NCBI GenBank assembly: GCA_032718475.1
Contig: JAUCBJ010001185.1
Coordinates: forward strand, 10,315 to 74,314
Reading direction: 5' to 3'
DNA length: 64,000 nucleotides
DNA from: Nemertoderma westbladi
Taxonomy: Eukaryota > Animalia > Xenacoelomorpha
Numbering within the stretch: position 1 is the stretch's first letter; each line of letters opens with the position of its first letter. The notes under the pieces are model-generated. The model ran no database searches and was not told the DNA's origin. It worked only from the letters and a program-made list of their open reading frames with translations. The position numbers and the translations under genes are program-made. Below, in pieces: positions 1-12,865 of this stretch.

Positions 1-1100
1 TAAGGGAAGGTCTGGAGGTAAGGAAGGACGGGGTGGGGAATGGAAGTAAAGGAAGGAAGTTTGGTGAGGGAAGGTCGGGGGTGGGGGTGGAAGTAAGGGA
101 AAGAAGTTTGGTGAGGGAAGGTCGGGGGTGGGGGTGGAAGTAAGGGAAGGTCTGGAGGTGAAGGAAGGGTGGGGTGGGGAATGGAAGTAAAGGAAGGAAG
201 TTTGGTGAGGGAAGAACGTGGGGGTGGGGGTGGAAGTAAGGGAAGGAAGTTTGGTGAGGGAAGGTCGGGGGTGGGGGTGGAAGTAAGGGAAGGTCTGGAG
301 GTGAAGGAAGGGTGGGGTGGGGAATGGAAGTAAAGGAAGGAAGTTTGGTGAGGGAAGAACGGGGGTGGGGGTGGAAGTAAGGGAAGAGTCTGGAGGTAAG
401 GAAGGACGGGGTGGGGAATGGAAGTAAAGGAAGGAAGTTTGGTGAGGGAAGGTCGGGGGTGGGGGTGGGGGTGGAAGTAAAGGAAGGAAGTTTGGTGAGG
501 GAAGGTCGGGGGTGGGGGTGGAAGTAAGGGAAGGTCTGGAGGTGAAGGAAGGTCGGGGTGGGGAATGGAAGTAAAGGAAGGAAGTTTGGTGAGGGAAGAA
601 CGGGGGTGGGGGTGGAAGTAAGGGAAGGTCTGGAGGTGAAGGAAGGGTGGGGTGAGGGAATGGAAGTAAAGGAAGGAAGTTTGGTGAGGGAAGAACGGGG
701 GTGGGGGTGGAAGTAAGGGAAAGAAGTTAGGTGAGGGAAGGTCGGGGGTGGGCGTGGGGGTGGGGGTGGAAGTAAAGGAAGGAAGTTTGGTGAGGGAAGG
801 TTGGGGGTGGAAGTAAAGGAAGGTCTGGAGGTGAAGGAAGGGCGGGGTGGAGAATGGAAGTAAAGGAAGAAAGTTTGGTGAGGGAAGATCGGGGGTGGGG
901 GTGGAAGTAAGGGAAGGTCTGGAGGTATAGGAAGGACGGGGTGGATAATGGAAGTAAAGGAAGGAAGTTTGGTGAGGGAAGAACGGGGGTGGGGATGGGA
1001 GTAAGGGAAGGTCTGGAGGTGAAGGAAGGGTGGGGTGAGGGAATGGAAGTAAAGGTTGGAAGTTTGGTGAGTGAAGGTCGGGGTGGGGGAATGGAAGTTA
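1..1100. repeat. G/A-rich complex minisatellite
   Basis: Shuffled modules GGAAGTAAAGGAAGGAAGTTTGGTGAGGGAAG, GGTCGGGGGTGGGGGTGGAAGTAAGGGAAGG and TCTGGAGGTGAAGGAAGG. Very few C on the + strand. Runs off the window start. Confidence 0.95.
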
Positions 1101-1129
1101 ACCCAAAACCACTGGGGGGGGGGGGGGGG

Positions 1130-1960
1130 AATCGGCCCCTTCCTAGTTTTTATTTGCTGTATCTATGGAACCATATTATGTACATGCCCAATTTTTGACG
1201 AAAATTGGCCAAATATAATGGCGCATCTTTCACAAAAAACGGCGTTGCAATTAGATTTTTACTTTCGATGTGGGTGCTAACTCAAAATTTGGTCCCCAGC
1301 AGAATTTTTTTAGAAATTTTCTAATTTTACAAGGTAATTTGTGTTTTCGTAATTATTCATGTTGGGGCTTTTTTATTGATTCTGATTCGAATGGAGCACT
1401 CTTCTACTCTATAAGTATGTAAGGGCAGTGGTACGTCATTTTTGGTGCACCAAAATTAGGGCGTGGAACTATTTAAAATTTTCAAAATTACGATATTCAG
1501 AAAATACTAAATCGTTTTCATTTCAACCCATTTTTATAGATTCTCTGGACCGCTGAATCGATTGAAAGTAATATTGAAGCCTCAAGTCTTAGTGGTACGT
1601 CATTAACCAAAATTAGGGCGTGGTACTTTTTCAAAATTAGAAGTAAGTGCCACTCCCTAATTATGGTGCACGAAAAATGTCGAACCACTAAGTCTTCAGG
1701 CTTCTATGTTAATTTCAATCGATTCAGCAGTACAGAAAACCTATAAAAATGCGTTGAAATCAAAACTTGGGGACATTTTACCGAATATCGTATTTTTCCA
1801 AAATTTGAAATGTCATGCTCACTTCTTAGGTGCACGAAAAATAGCATCAAGTGCAATTTTTGAAAATGGAATATAATCAAATTCGATTCAGCGTCGTGAA
1901 AAACCTACTAAAGCTACCCAACAATGCCACACTATTTTACATACTTATATTAGATTTTAC
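1130..1960. mobile_element. Degenerate non-autonomous DNA element with internal inverted repeats
   Basis: Inverted segments such as GCTGAATCGATTGAAA (about 1552) vs TTTCAATCGATTCAGC (about 1713), and CCAAAATTAGGGCGTGG present twice. Ends not resolved. Confidence 0.4.
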
Positions 1961-2767
1961 CTGGAAAGGTATTTTCACTTTGAAACTTTTCCAATTCCTG
2001 TGAGTTTACAACACTTTTTCGTTCGCATGTTTTTTCAACTTTGCCGTGTTTTGGTTCGCAGCCTTTGTACCTTAAATTACAGGTGTAGTTGAAGTCCCAA
2101 TTGAATAACTTAATCGTAGTAAAATTATTATTAGAACTCTACAACAAGTTATTGTAATTATAAATTATTATTACACGTTATCGTAATACACGTTATACTG
2201 TGTACTATACACGTAATACACGTTATACACGCATCACAACGTTTTCTTGAAATGACTGCATTAATAGGTAGATAATATTCATTAATAGATATCATTAAGA
2301 GATCATTACTAGATAGTAATTACAACCTACTAATTAAAGAAGCCTCATTATCTCCCGCCACCGACCCAAAATGTTCAGGGAACCTCATTCCTTTTACTAT
2401 TGTTTTAGTAACTACACGTAGGTGGTTCTATCTATTATATGTATTCATTTTTCTGCTGTTGTATACACAGTATGCCCCAATCAATAAAAAAAATCCGACC
2501 TAGAGACACATATAAAGTTAAATTCACAATTTTCCTATCAGCATTATTGAATGTTAACTTTTAAAACATAATTTAAACCTACCACCCAAATCGTTTCGTT
2601 TTTATTGGATAATTTAATTATCCTACTATAAGCTACAAGGTGCAGTAACACGGTTGGTTATGGTTTTTAAGTCAGCGTAGAGAAACCTCTAGTATTCACT
2701 CCGTTGTTGTTGTTGTTGGTGTGTTGTTGTTAGTTTCTCGTTAAGTTTTGGTATTAAGGATTGATAC

Positions 2768-2850
2768 GGCCCCAGTGGCTCAGTTGGCAGAGCGTGGGTC
2801 TTGGAATCTCTAGGTACCGAGTTCAATCCCCCATTCCGATGAATGGTTTT
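2768..2850 (+). ncRNA. tRNA-derived Pol III/SINE-like head (pseudo-tRNA)
   Basis: A box TGGCTCAGTTGG, B box GAGTTCAATCC, T6 run downstream. Acceptor and T stems pair poorly, so it is not called a functional tRNA. Confidence 0.65.
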
Positions 2851-2861
2851 TTGTTGTAAGA

Positions 2862-5800
2862 TTGGTAGTAAGCCTATTCATGGAGACAGTTCATGCGTTA
2901 GTAGACGCGGACCTTTGGTAGTAAGCCTATTCATGGAGACAGTTCATGCGTTAGTAGACACGGGCCTTTGGTAGTAAGCCTATTCATGGAGACAGTTCAT
3001 GCGTTAGTAGACGCGGACCTTTGGTAGTAAGCCATTCAAGGAGACAGTTCATGCGTTAGTAGACGCGGACCTTTGGTAGTAAGCCATTCAAGGAGACAGT
3101 TCATGCGTTAGTAGACGCGGACCTTTGGTAGTAAAGCCATTCAAGGAGACAGTTCATGCGTTAGTAGACGCGGACCTTTGTTAGTAAGCCATTCAAGGAG
3201 ACAGTTCATGCGTTAGTAGACGCGGACCTTTGGTAGTAAAGCCATTCAAGGAGACAGTTCATGCGTTAGTAGACGCGGACCTTTGGTAGTAAGCCATTCA
3301 AGGAGACAGTTCATGCGTTAGTAGACGCGGACCTTTGTTAGTAAGCCATTCATGGAGACAGTTCATGCGTTAGTAGACGCGGACCTTTGGTAGTAAGCCA
3401 TTCAAGGAGACAGTTCATGCGTTAGTAGACGCGGACCTTTGGTAGTAAAGCCATTCAAGGAGACAGTTCATGCGTTAGTAGACGCGGACCTTTGGTAGTA
3501 AAGCCATTCAAGGAGACAGTTCATGCGTTAGTAGACGCGGACCTTTGGTAGTAAGCCATTCATGGAGACAGTTCATGCGTTAGTAGACGCGGACCTTTGG
3601 TAGTAAGCCATTCAAGGAGACAGTTCATGCGTTAGTAGACGCGGACCTTTGGTAGTAAAGCCATTCAAGGAGACAGTTCATGCGTTAGTAGACGCGGACC
3701 TTTGGTAGTAAAGCCATTCAAGGAGACAGTTCATGCGTTAGTAGACGCGGACCTTTGGTAGTAAGCCATTCATGGAGACAGTTCATGCGTTAGTAGACGC
3801 GGACCTTTGGTAGTAAGCCATTCAAGGAGACAGTTCATGCGTTAGTAGACGCGGACCTTTGGTAGTAAAGCCATTCAAGGAGACAGTTCATGCGTTAGTA
3901 GACGCGGACCTTTGGTAGTAAAGCCATTCAAGGAGACAGTTCATGCGTTAGTAGACGCGGACCTTTGGTAGTAAGCCATTCATGGAGACAGTTCATGCGT
4001 TAGTAGACGCGGACCTTTGGTAGTAAGCCATTCAAGGAGACAGTTCATGCGTTAGTAGACGCGGACCTTTGGTAGTAAAGCCATTCAAGGAGACAGTTCA
4101 TGCGTTAGTAGACGCGGACCTTTGGTAGTAAAGCCATTCAAGGAGACAGTTCATGCGTTAGTAGACGCGGACCTTTGGTAGTAAGCCATTCATGGAGACA
4201 GTTCATGCGTTAGTAGACGCGGACCTTTGGTAGTAAAGCCATTCAAGGAGACAGTTCATGCGTTAGCAGACGCGGACCTTTGGTAGTAAAGCTATTCAAG
4301 GAGACAGTTCATGCGTTAGTAGACGCGGACCTTTGGTAGTAAAGCCATTCAATGAGACAGTTCATGCGTTAGTAGACGCGGACCTTTGGTAGTAAAGCCA
4401 TTCAAGGAGACAGTTCATGCGTTAGTAGACGCGGACCTTTGGTAGTAAAGCCATTCAAGGAGACAGTTCATGCGTTAGTAGACGCGGACCTTTGGTAGTA
4501 AAGCCATTCAAGGAGACAGTTCATGCGTTAGTAGACGCGGACCTTTGGTAGTAAAGCCATTCAAGGAGACAGTTCATGCGTTAGTAGACGCGGACCTTTG
4601 GTAGTAAAGCCATTCAAGGAGACAGTTCATGCGTTAGTAGACGCGGACCTTTGGTAGTAAAGCCATTCAAGGAGACAGTTCATGCGTTAGTAGACGCGGA
4701 CCTTTGGTAGTAAAGCCATTCAAGGAGACAGTTCATGCGTTAGTAGACGCGGACCTTTGGTAGTAAGCCATTCAAGGAGACAGTTCATGCGTTAGTAGAC
4801 GCGGACCTTTGGTAGTAAAGCCATTCAAGGAGACAGTTCATGCGTTAGTAGACGCGGACCTTTGGTAGTAAAGCCATTCAAGGAGACAGTTCATGCGTTA
4901 GTAGACGCGGACCTTTGGTAGTAAAGCCATTCAAGGAGACAGTTCATGCGTTAGTAGACGCGGACCTTTGGTAGTAAAGCCATTCAAGGAGACAGTTCAT
5001 GCGTTAGTAGACGCGGACCTTTGGTAGTAAAGCCATTCAAGGAGACAGTTCATGCGTTAGTAGACGCGGACCTTTGGTAGTAAAGCCATTCAAGGAGACA
5101 GTTCATGCGTTAGTAGACGCGGACCTTTGGTAGTAAAGCCATTCAAGGAGACAGTTCATGCGTTAGTAGACGCGGACCTTTGGTAGTAAAGCCATTCAAG
5201 GAGACAGTTCATGCGTTAGTAGACGCGGACCTTTGGTAGTAAAGCCATTCAAGGAGACAGTTCATGCGTTAGTAGACGCGGACCTTTGGTAGTAAAGCCA
5301 TTCAAGGAGACAGTTCATGCGTTAGTAGACGCGGACCTTTGGTAGTAAAGCCATTCAAGGAGACAGTTCATGCGTTAGTAGACGCGGACCTTTGGTAGTA
5401 AGCCATTCAAGGAGACAGTTCATGCGTTAGTAGACGCGGACCTTTGGTAGTAAAGCCATTCAAGGAGACAGTTCATGCGTTAGTAGACGCGGACCTTTGG
5501 TAGTAAAGCCATTCAAGGAGACAGTTCATGCGTTAGTAGACGCGGACCTTTGTTAGTAAGCCATTCATGGAGACAGTTCATGCGTTAGTAGACGCGGACC
5601 TTTGGTAGTAAGCCATTCAAGGAGACAGTTCATGCGTTAGTAGACGCGGACCTTTGGTAGTAAAGCCATTCAAGGAGACAGTTCATGCGTTAGTAGACGC
5701 GGACCTTTGGTAGTAAAGCCATTCAAGGAGACAGTTCATGCGTTAGTAGACGCGGACCTTTGGTAGTAAGCCATTCAAGGAGACAGTTCATGCGTTAGTA

Positions 5801-7970
5801 GACGCGGACCTTTGGTAGTAAGCCATTCAAGGAGACAGTTCATGCGTTAGTAGACGCGGACCTTTGGTAGTAAAGCCATTCAAGGAGACAGTTCATGCGT
5901 TAGTAGACGCGGACCTTTGGTAGTAAAGCCATTCAAGGAGACAGTTCATGCGTTAGTAGACGCGGACCTTTGGTAGTAAGCCATTCATGGAGACAGTTCA
6001 TGCGTTAGTAGACGCGGACCTTTGGTAGTAAGCCATTCAAGGAGACAGTTCATGCGTTAGTAGACGCGGACCTTTGGTAGTAAAGCCATTCAAGGAGACA
6101 GTTCATGCGTTAGTAGACGCGGACCTTTGGTAGTAAAGCCATTCAAGGAGACAGTTCATGCGTTAGTAGACGCGGACCTTTGGTAGTAAGCCATTCATGG
6201 AGACAGTTCATGCGTTAGTAGACGCGGACCTTTGGTAGTAAAGCCATTCAAGGAGACAGTTCATGCGTTAGTAGAGGCGGACCTTTGGTAGTAAAGCCAT
6301 TCAAGGAGACAGTTCATGCGTTAGTAGACGCGGACCTTTGGTAGTAAAGCCATTCAAGGAGACAGTTCATGCGTTAGTAGACGCGGACCTTTGGTAGTAA
6401 AGCCATTCAAGGAGACAGTTCATGCGTTAGTAGACGCGGACCTTTGGTAGTAAAGCCATTCAAGGAGACAGTTCATGCGTTAGTAGACGCGGACCTTTGG
6501 TAGTAAAGCCATTCAAGGAGACAGTTCATGCGTTAGTAGACGCGGACCTTTGGTAGTAAAGCCATTCAAGGAGACAGTTCATGCGTTAGTAGACGCGGAC
6601 CTTTGGTAGTAAGCCATTCAAGGAGACAGTTCATGCGTTAGAAGACGCGGACCTTTGGTAGTAAAGCCATTCAAGGAGACAGTTCATGCGTTAGTAGACG
6701 CGGACCTTTGGTAGTAAAGCCATTCAAGGAGACAGTTCATGCGTTAGTAGACGCGGACCTTTGGTAGTAAGCCATTCAAGGAGACAGTTCATGCGTTAGT
6801 AGACGCGGACCTTTGGTAGTAAAGCCATTCAAGGAGACAGTTCATGCGTTAGTAGACGCGGACCTTTGGTAGTAAAGCCATTCAAGGAGACAGTTCATGC
6901 GTTAGTAGACGCGGACCTTTGGTAGTAAGCCATTCAAGGAGACAGTTCATGAGCTAGTAGACGCGGACCTTTGGTAGTAAAGCCATTCAAGGAGACAGTT
7001 CATGCGTTAGTAGACGCGGACCTTTGGTAGTAAAGCCATTCAAGGAGACAGTTCATGCGTTAGTAGACGCGGACCTTTGGTAGTAAGCCATTCAAGGAGA
7101 CAGTTCATGCGTTAGTAGACGCGGACCTTTGGTAGTAAAGCCATTCAAGGAGACAGTTCATGCGTTAGTAGACGCGGACCTTTGGTAGTAAAGCCATTCA
7201 AGGAGACAGTTCATGCGTTAGTAGACGCGGACCTTTGGTAGTAAGCCATTCAAGGAGACAGTTCATGAGTTAGTAGACGCGGACCTTTGGTAGTAAAGCC
7301 ATTCAAGGAGACAGTTCATGCGTTAGTAGACGCGGACCTTTGGTAGTAAAGCCATTCATGGAGACAGTTCATGCGTTAGTAGACGCGGACCTTTGGTAGT
7401 AAGCCATTCAAGGAGACAGTTCATGCGTTAGTAGACGCGGACATTTGGTAGTAAGCCATTCAAGGAGACAGTTCATGCGCTAGTAGACGCGGACCTTTGG
7501 TAGTAAAGCCATTCAAGGAGACAGTTCATGCGTTAGTAGACGCGGACCTTTGGTAGTAAAGCCATTCAAGGAGACAGTTCATGCGTTAGTAGACGCGGAC
7601 CTTTGGTAGTAAAGCCATTCAAGGAGACAGTTCATGCGTTAGTAGACGCGGACCTTTGGTAGTAAGCCATTCAAGGAGACAGTTCATGCGTTAGTAGACG
7701 CGGACCTTTGGTAGTAAAGCCATTCAAGGAGACAGTTCATGCGTTAGTAGACGCGGACCTTTGGTAGTAAAGCCATTCAAGGAGACAGTTCATGCGTTAG
7801 TAGACGCGGACCTTTGGTAGTAAGCCATTCAAGGAGACAGTTCATGCGTTAGTAGACGCGGACCTTTGGTAGTAAGCCATTCAAGGAGACAGTTCATGCG
7901 CTAGTAGATGCGGACCTTTGGTAGTAAGCCATTCAAGGAGACAGTTCATGCGCTAGTAGACGCGGACATT
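2862..7970. repeat. 52-53 bp tandem satellite, roughly 97 copies
   Basis: Unit GGACCTTTGGTAGTA(A)AGCCATTCA(A/T)GGAGACAGTTCATGCGTTAGTAGACGC, highly homogeneous, no unique spacers. Confidence 0.98.
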
Positions 7971-9439
7971 TGCGCGATTTCGCGCTTGTTCTATTAGATA
8001 GGACTGATAATAGATCTGTTGCAACAAAGAGTTAAACGAGCTAGATGTACTAGAGCATAATATAGATTTACTAAAACATGTTAAATGCTAAATATAATTA
8101 ATAATTACCACTATAATTACTGTTCTAGAATAAATAATGCGAAATCGACAGAATAAACCTACAGTAGATCGTAGATTTGATATAACTAATTACATCATTG
8201 TGTGCAAAGTAGCATTTTGCAGCGTTAGAATTCCCAGAATAATGTAACAAAATACATATTGTCCTCATTATTGTCCGCGAATGTGGAAATTAAGTATTCA
8301 TTGTCCGTACAGTAGTTTTGCGGACAAAAAAATGGATATTTTAAAGAAAATGGCTTTATTTTCTTTATAAACACTCGCATGTATAATTGATCTCGCTCGC
8401 TACAGCTCGCTCGGCAAATTATACAACTCGGGTGTCATGGAAATAATGCGATATATTATTTTCGAAGAAAGATATATTGAGAAAAGTTGTTTAATGAAGC
8501 TGACACACCCGATGTAAATAATATAAATCAAAAAAGTTATTAGCCAGTACCGGTAACAGTTTTTATTAATATCACAGTAAAAAATAGAATTTATTAGCAT
8601 ATAGTAAAATAATTAACACAGTAAAATACTTTATTAAATTAAAATACAGTATATAAAAAAACCCAATGGAATTCGCCCTAATGGCCTTTCAGCGGAAAAA
8701 ATTTAAAATGGCATTAAAATTACTGTGTATAAGAGTTATATAAGATAAGAGGATCCTATTCTAATATATATGTAAGTAGCTATAGTTCCATTGTTTGAAA
8801 TGTTACTGGCTAATAAACTTTTGCCGAAGTAATAAATAGCTAATATTTTCCCTCCCTAGGCGATATATAATAGGCCTATCCTTTGGTGGCCGACGCTGAT
8901 GCACAGTGGAAACTGCACAACCGGAAGAAAATCATGATTCACTAAAATATAGATCATTTATATAGATCAATAACCACTTACATTTTTATGATAGATGTTT
9001 GTGACATAGCCAATGCAACCATTATATGACTAGACATCGTCACCATATATTTTTAACGGTTAATCTACAACGCTCCAATTTATATTCCAGAATATATTAC
9101 AGTACTGTTCCTTTGGTTTTAAAATAAGTACTCCAATTATTATTTAGAAAAAATAACACAAAATTCTGAGGAATAAGGCACATTTTTTTCACTTCTTATT
9201 TTAATAAATAAAAATTAAAAATACAATTTAGGCATGCATGTACAGTAACATGTTTCAATTTTGGTGTAGTGTTCACCCTTGGGACTTAGTGTGGCACCCT
9301 TCCTGCCTTATAGATAAGAGCCAAGAGAGAGGAGCATGGGAGGGAATAAATTATCTCCGCGGATATTGCGCCGGCTAGGTTCCTCCGCGGCATAATAAAT
9401 AAAACTAAATCCTTTTCATTGCATTCACATAACGACATA

Positions 9440-9650
9440 TCACCGAAGGTAGTGAGTTCGGGGTGTTTCGTTTAAGCTGCATGAATAGACTAGCCAGGGC
9501 GTATCTCTGCATTAATGCATCCTTAACTGGTAGATGAATAGCAGTATCCTCTGGGGAGTATAGTTCTGGGTGGACCACACTGGAAATAAGTCGTACCTGC
9601 AATAAATCCCTCGTCTGCCGCATGAAGATAATTACGCATTTTTTTTGGCT
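9440..9650 (+). mobile_element. SINE-like dispersed repeat fragment (related copy at about 49090-49320)
   Basis: Shares TCCTCTGGGG..GTA.AGTTCTGGG.GGACCACACTGGAAATAA.TCGT and a T-rich end with 49213-49320. Confidence 0.55.
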
Positions 9651-11685
9651 ACACGTCAGTATTCCATTACTTAGGGGAAAAAGTAGAGCATTTTTTTCAC
9701 TATTATCAAGGCATTAATTAGTTTAAAGAGATTTTGTATTGTTAAATAAATAAATCTAAATTTCGGCAAATAAAATGAAGCTGGTACAATTTTTTATGGA
9801 AAAATATATATTTTCCCCTTTTTTTAAATATTAAAGCTTTTTTTTAAATGTCCCATTTTTTATTATTATTATTATTAGGGCAATTGTTTACTCATTTGAC
9901 CCTTTTTTATAATGTACCGCTAACGGTTCTACCGCTCTTTTGTATTTAGTAAATGCGCCATTGCATTGATAGTGTAGCACTACCTACTGTATATAGATAG
10001 TACGATAGTAGTGTGATATAGGACTATTGCTTATACAGAAAGGCCAATAGTTTATTATGTTTTGATTAGAAAAGCCCGTCTCCGTAACCTATGCTCATTT
10101 TCCACAATGGTAACAATATCGTTTATAATTTTAGATAGAAAAGCCCACCCATGTAACCTGATCATTTCCCTCAATTGGTAGGTAACAACAACGTCTATTG
10201 TTTTGGTTAGAAAAGCTCGCCTCGGCATCCTGCTTCTTTGGTTTGAGTTAATAGCTTAATATCCTTTACTGTATGAATCACAGTCTGTATGTAGTTGCAG
10301 CATTATACAGTCTTTAATAAATTTAAAAAAAGGGTACAAAAAGAGCAATATAGAGGCCATAAAAGTAATTTCGAAAAGTAAGTGCTAAAATGAGTAAGAA
10401 TGGGGGAAAATATGAGAGAAAATGAGTGACAAAAATTAACTGTTGTTGCTTGAACAACTATGAATAAGAACTAAGAAGATTGTATGTTCTTGGGTTGGAT
10501 TGGTTCCTCAATAACTAGCGTATCAGCTGTTCCAATGAATATTGGATTCCTATTCGCTAATTAATCACGTGGAGTTTGAATCGAAAGTATTCGCACATGA
10601 CAATCTGTATGATGCCATGCTAATCTACCGGGGTGACTTCGAAGGACGAACGTCAAGTTCAATTGTTGTAATTTCTGCATTTCCAAATACAGAAATAGTT
10701 CTGTAGTTACCGTTAGGCATATAAGGCTTCTTGCCTCTTTCCCTGGACCGACTGGCTGACTGGACGCCGACAGACTTAAAACTTCAGTCTGCCTGTAGCT
10801 CAGGAGCTGTGTACAGGTGTAGTGCTGTAGCTGATTACAACCTAACAGCCTAACCAGCTAACTTAGGACCGTTTCGGTATAGATCGGTACCGGTCTGCCG
10901 GTACAGCGGTAAGTGCTCTGAGCAGTCTGGCAGCGGTGGGGTGGCAGGGCAGTGTGCAGCCCGTAGGTCATAGGCAGATAGGTAGGGGCCTATGTAGGTA
11001 GGTATGTGTACCGCAGTACCGCGGTACCGTACCACCAGAGCACCATGCAGGCCATGCTGCCATGGAAATATTTCAGTCTGACAGTTATTACTGTAGCTGA
11101 TTAGGCCTGTACGTACACGCTTAGACGCTGCCCGGAGCGGCAGCCCGCATGGGGATTGCATTGGCTTGGCACTCGCAATCGCCACATCCATCAGTCTGTC
11201 AGTCCATCCAGCCCCATCAGCCCATGCCTGCATGCTGCCATCTGGCTGTCTGGCCATGTCATTGCTGATTGCTGGCGCTGCATTGGCTGATTGGTCTGTT
11301 CTCTGGCAGTCTGGTTCTTGGTGGTGCTATGCTAACTTCTGTCTGACAGTCTGATGTATGGCCGCCCGGTCAGGTAGCCCTACTCAGCTACTGCTGTAAC
11401 CTAACGCTGCTACCGGTACCGGCAGCGGCAGTGGCAGACCGGTCTAAGTAGAGTAGGTAGGCCTAATACAGTAATACAGACATTCCAGCATTCTGCAGTT
11501 CTGCTCATTTCTCAGTTTCTTGTCAGTTTGTCTGTTCAGCTGTTATCTCAGTAGGGCCTATCTGGCTATTAGCCTACCTACGGCTACGGCTGTACGGTGT
11601 TGAACTGTCACACTGTCTTAAATTTGACTGAAGTCTGAACTGCTGAACTTCTTTGAAATACTAAAATAGGCCTACCGGTACCCGT

Positions 11686-12865
11686 ATTCGAGATATCTGG
11701 GATAGAAGATACTGGCTTCGATATATCGCGATATCAGTAAAGGCAGAAAGGAGATGAAGTTTGGGGTTTGCATTCAAATTCAAATTCACAAAATTTTAAT
11801 TGAGGAGGTATTTTTTATGATTATTGGACCTACTGATCAGTTTATAAGGCAACTTCAAGTCTCCGGAATGAAGACGGGACTCAAATAAGCGACTCTGCGG
11901 TCTTTGCGTGATTACACGGCAGCACGGAATAGACTTATCGGTCATCGATCTGAGATCTTCAAAATGTATAATCTCCAGTTCTAGTGGTCGTACGACAGTA
12001 CGAAGTTCATTTTGGGCTCATTCGAAAGCTCTTTTCTCAGAGACCAAAGTTACCATTTGGTTAGGCAAACTCTTGAACGCAAACTCTTGAGCAATCATAA
12101 CTTGAACAAAATTTGCAAGGCATATTTTACCCAAATTCATGTTATGTTGCTTCACAAACATTTTATCTTAAATCAAATGGTAACTTTGTTATCTAAGAAA
12201 AGAGCTTTCGAATGAGCCTAAAACGAACTTCGTACGACCACTAGAAGTGGAGATTATACTTTTTGAAGATCTCCGATGACCGATAAGTCTATTCCGTGTA
12301 ATCACGCAAAGACCGCAGAGTCGCTTATTCGAGTCCCGTCTTCATTCTGGAGACTTGAAGTTGTCTTATAAACTGACAAGTGGGTCCAATAATCATAAAA
12401 AAATACCTTCTTAATTAAAATTTTGTGCTCTTTCTCGTGGAGACATCCAATTGGCACCACTCTGCCACTGAGCACAGAAATTTGCAGAAATTGAATGCAA
12501 ACCCCAAACTTCATCGCCTTTACCCAGTTACCGATAAGTAGGTCCAATAATCATAAAAAAATACCTTCTTAATTAAAATTTTGTGCTCTTTCCGTGGAGA
12601 CATCCAATTGGCACCACTCTGCCACTGAGCACAGAAATTTGCAGAAATTGAATACAAACCCCAAACTTCATCGCCTTTACCGATATCGCGATATATTCTG
12701 ATATTGGAGCCAGTATCTTCTATCCCGAATATCTCGAAAACTAAGCAAGATATGGCAGGGGAAACGGTTTCCATATTTGGATTCAGCATGAAATTCTGCA
12801 TCAGATAGGATATGTTTCAAAAATTCGTCTTTTTGGTTAGAAAATGCGCTACCCCCCCCCCTTAA
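11686..12865. mobile_element. Foldback MITE, possibly Kolobok-like
   Basis: About 11686-12045 is inverted relative to about 12200-12737. Internal tandem duplication at about 12375-12680. Right end ...GCGCTACCCCCCCCCC-TTAA fits Kolobok TTAA/RR termini. Left terminus missing. Confidence 0.6.

Larger units (their letters stand above)
2662..7990 (+). mobile_element. Helentron-associated (HINE/DINE-1-like) non-autonomous element carrying a satellite array
   Basis: 5' T-tract and AAGTCAGCGT, hairpin TAGAG-AAAC-CTCTA, (GTT)n microsatellite, central tandem array, then a 3' hairpin GCGCGA-TT-TCGCGC followed by TTGTT. This matches the known HINE layout. Confidence 0.6.

Noticed and set aside
2768-2840. 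Functional tRNA gene
   Set aside because: T-stem and acceptor stem do not pair; treated as a pseudo-tRNA/SINE head.
2862-7970. CRISPR-like array
   Set aside because: Head-to-tail identical units with no unique spacers, no cas genes, and a eukaryotic context. The same applies to the 41-, 59- and 63-bp arrays.
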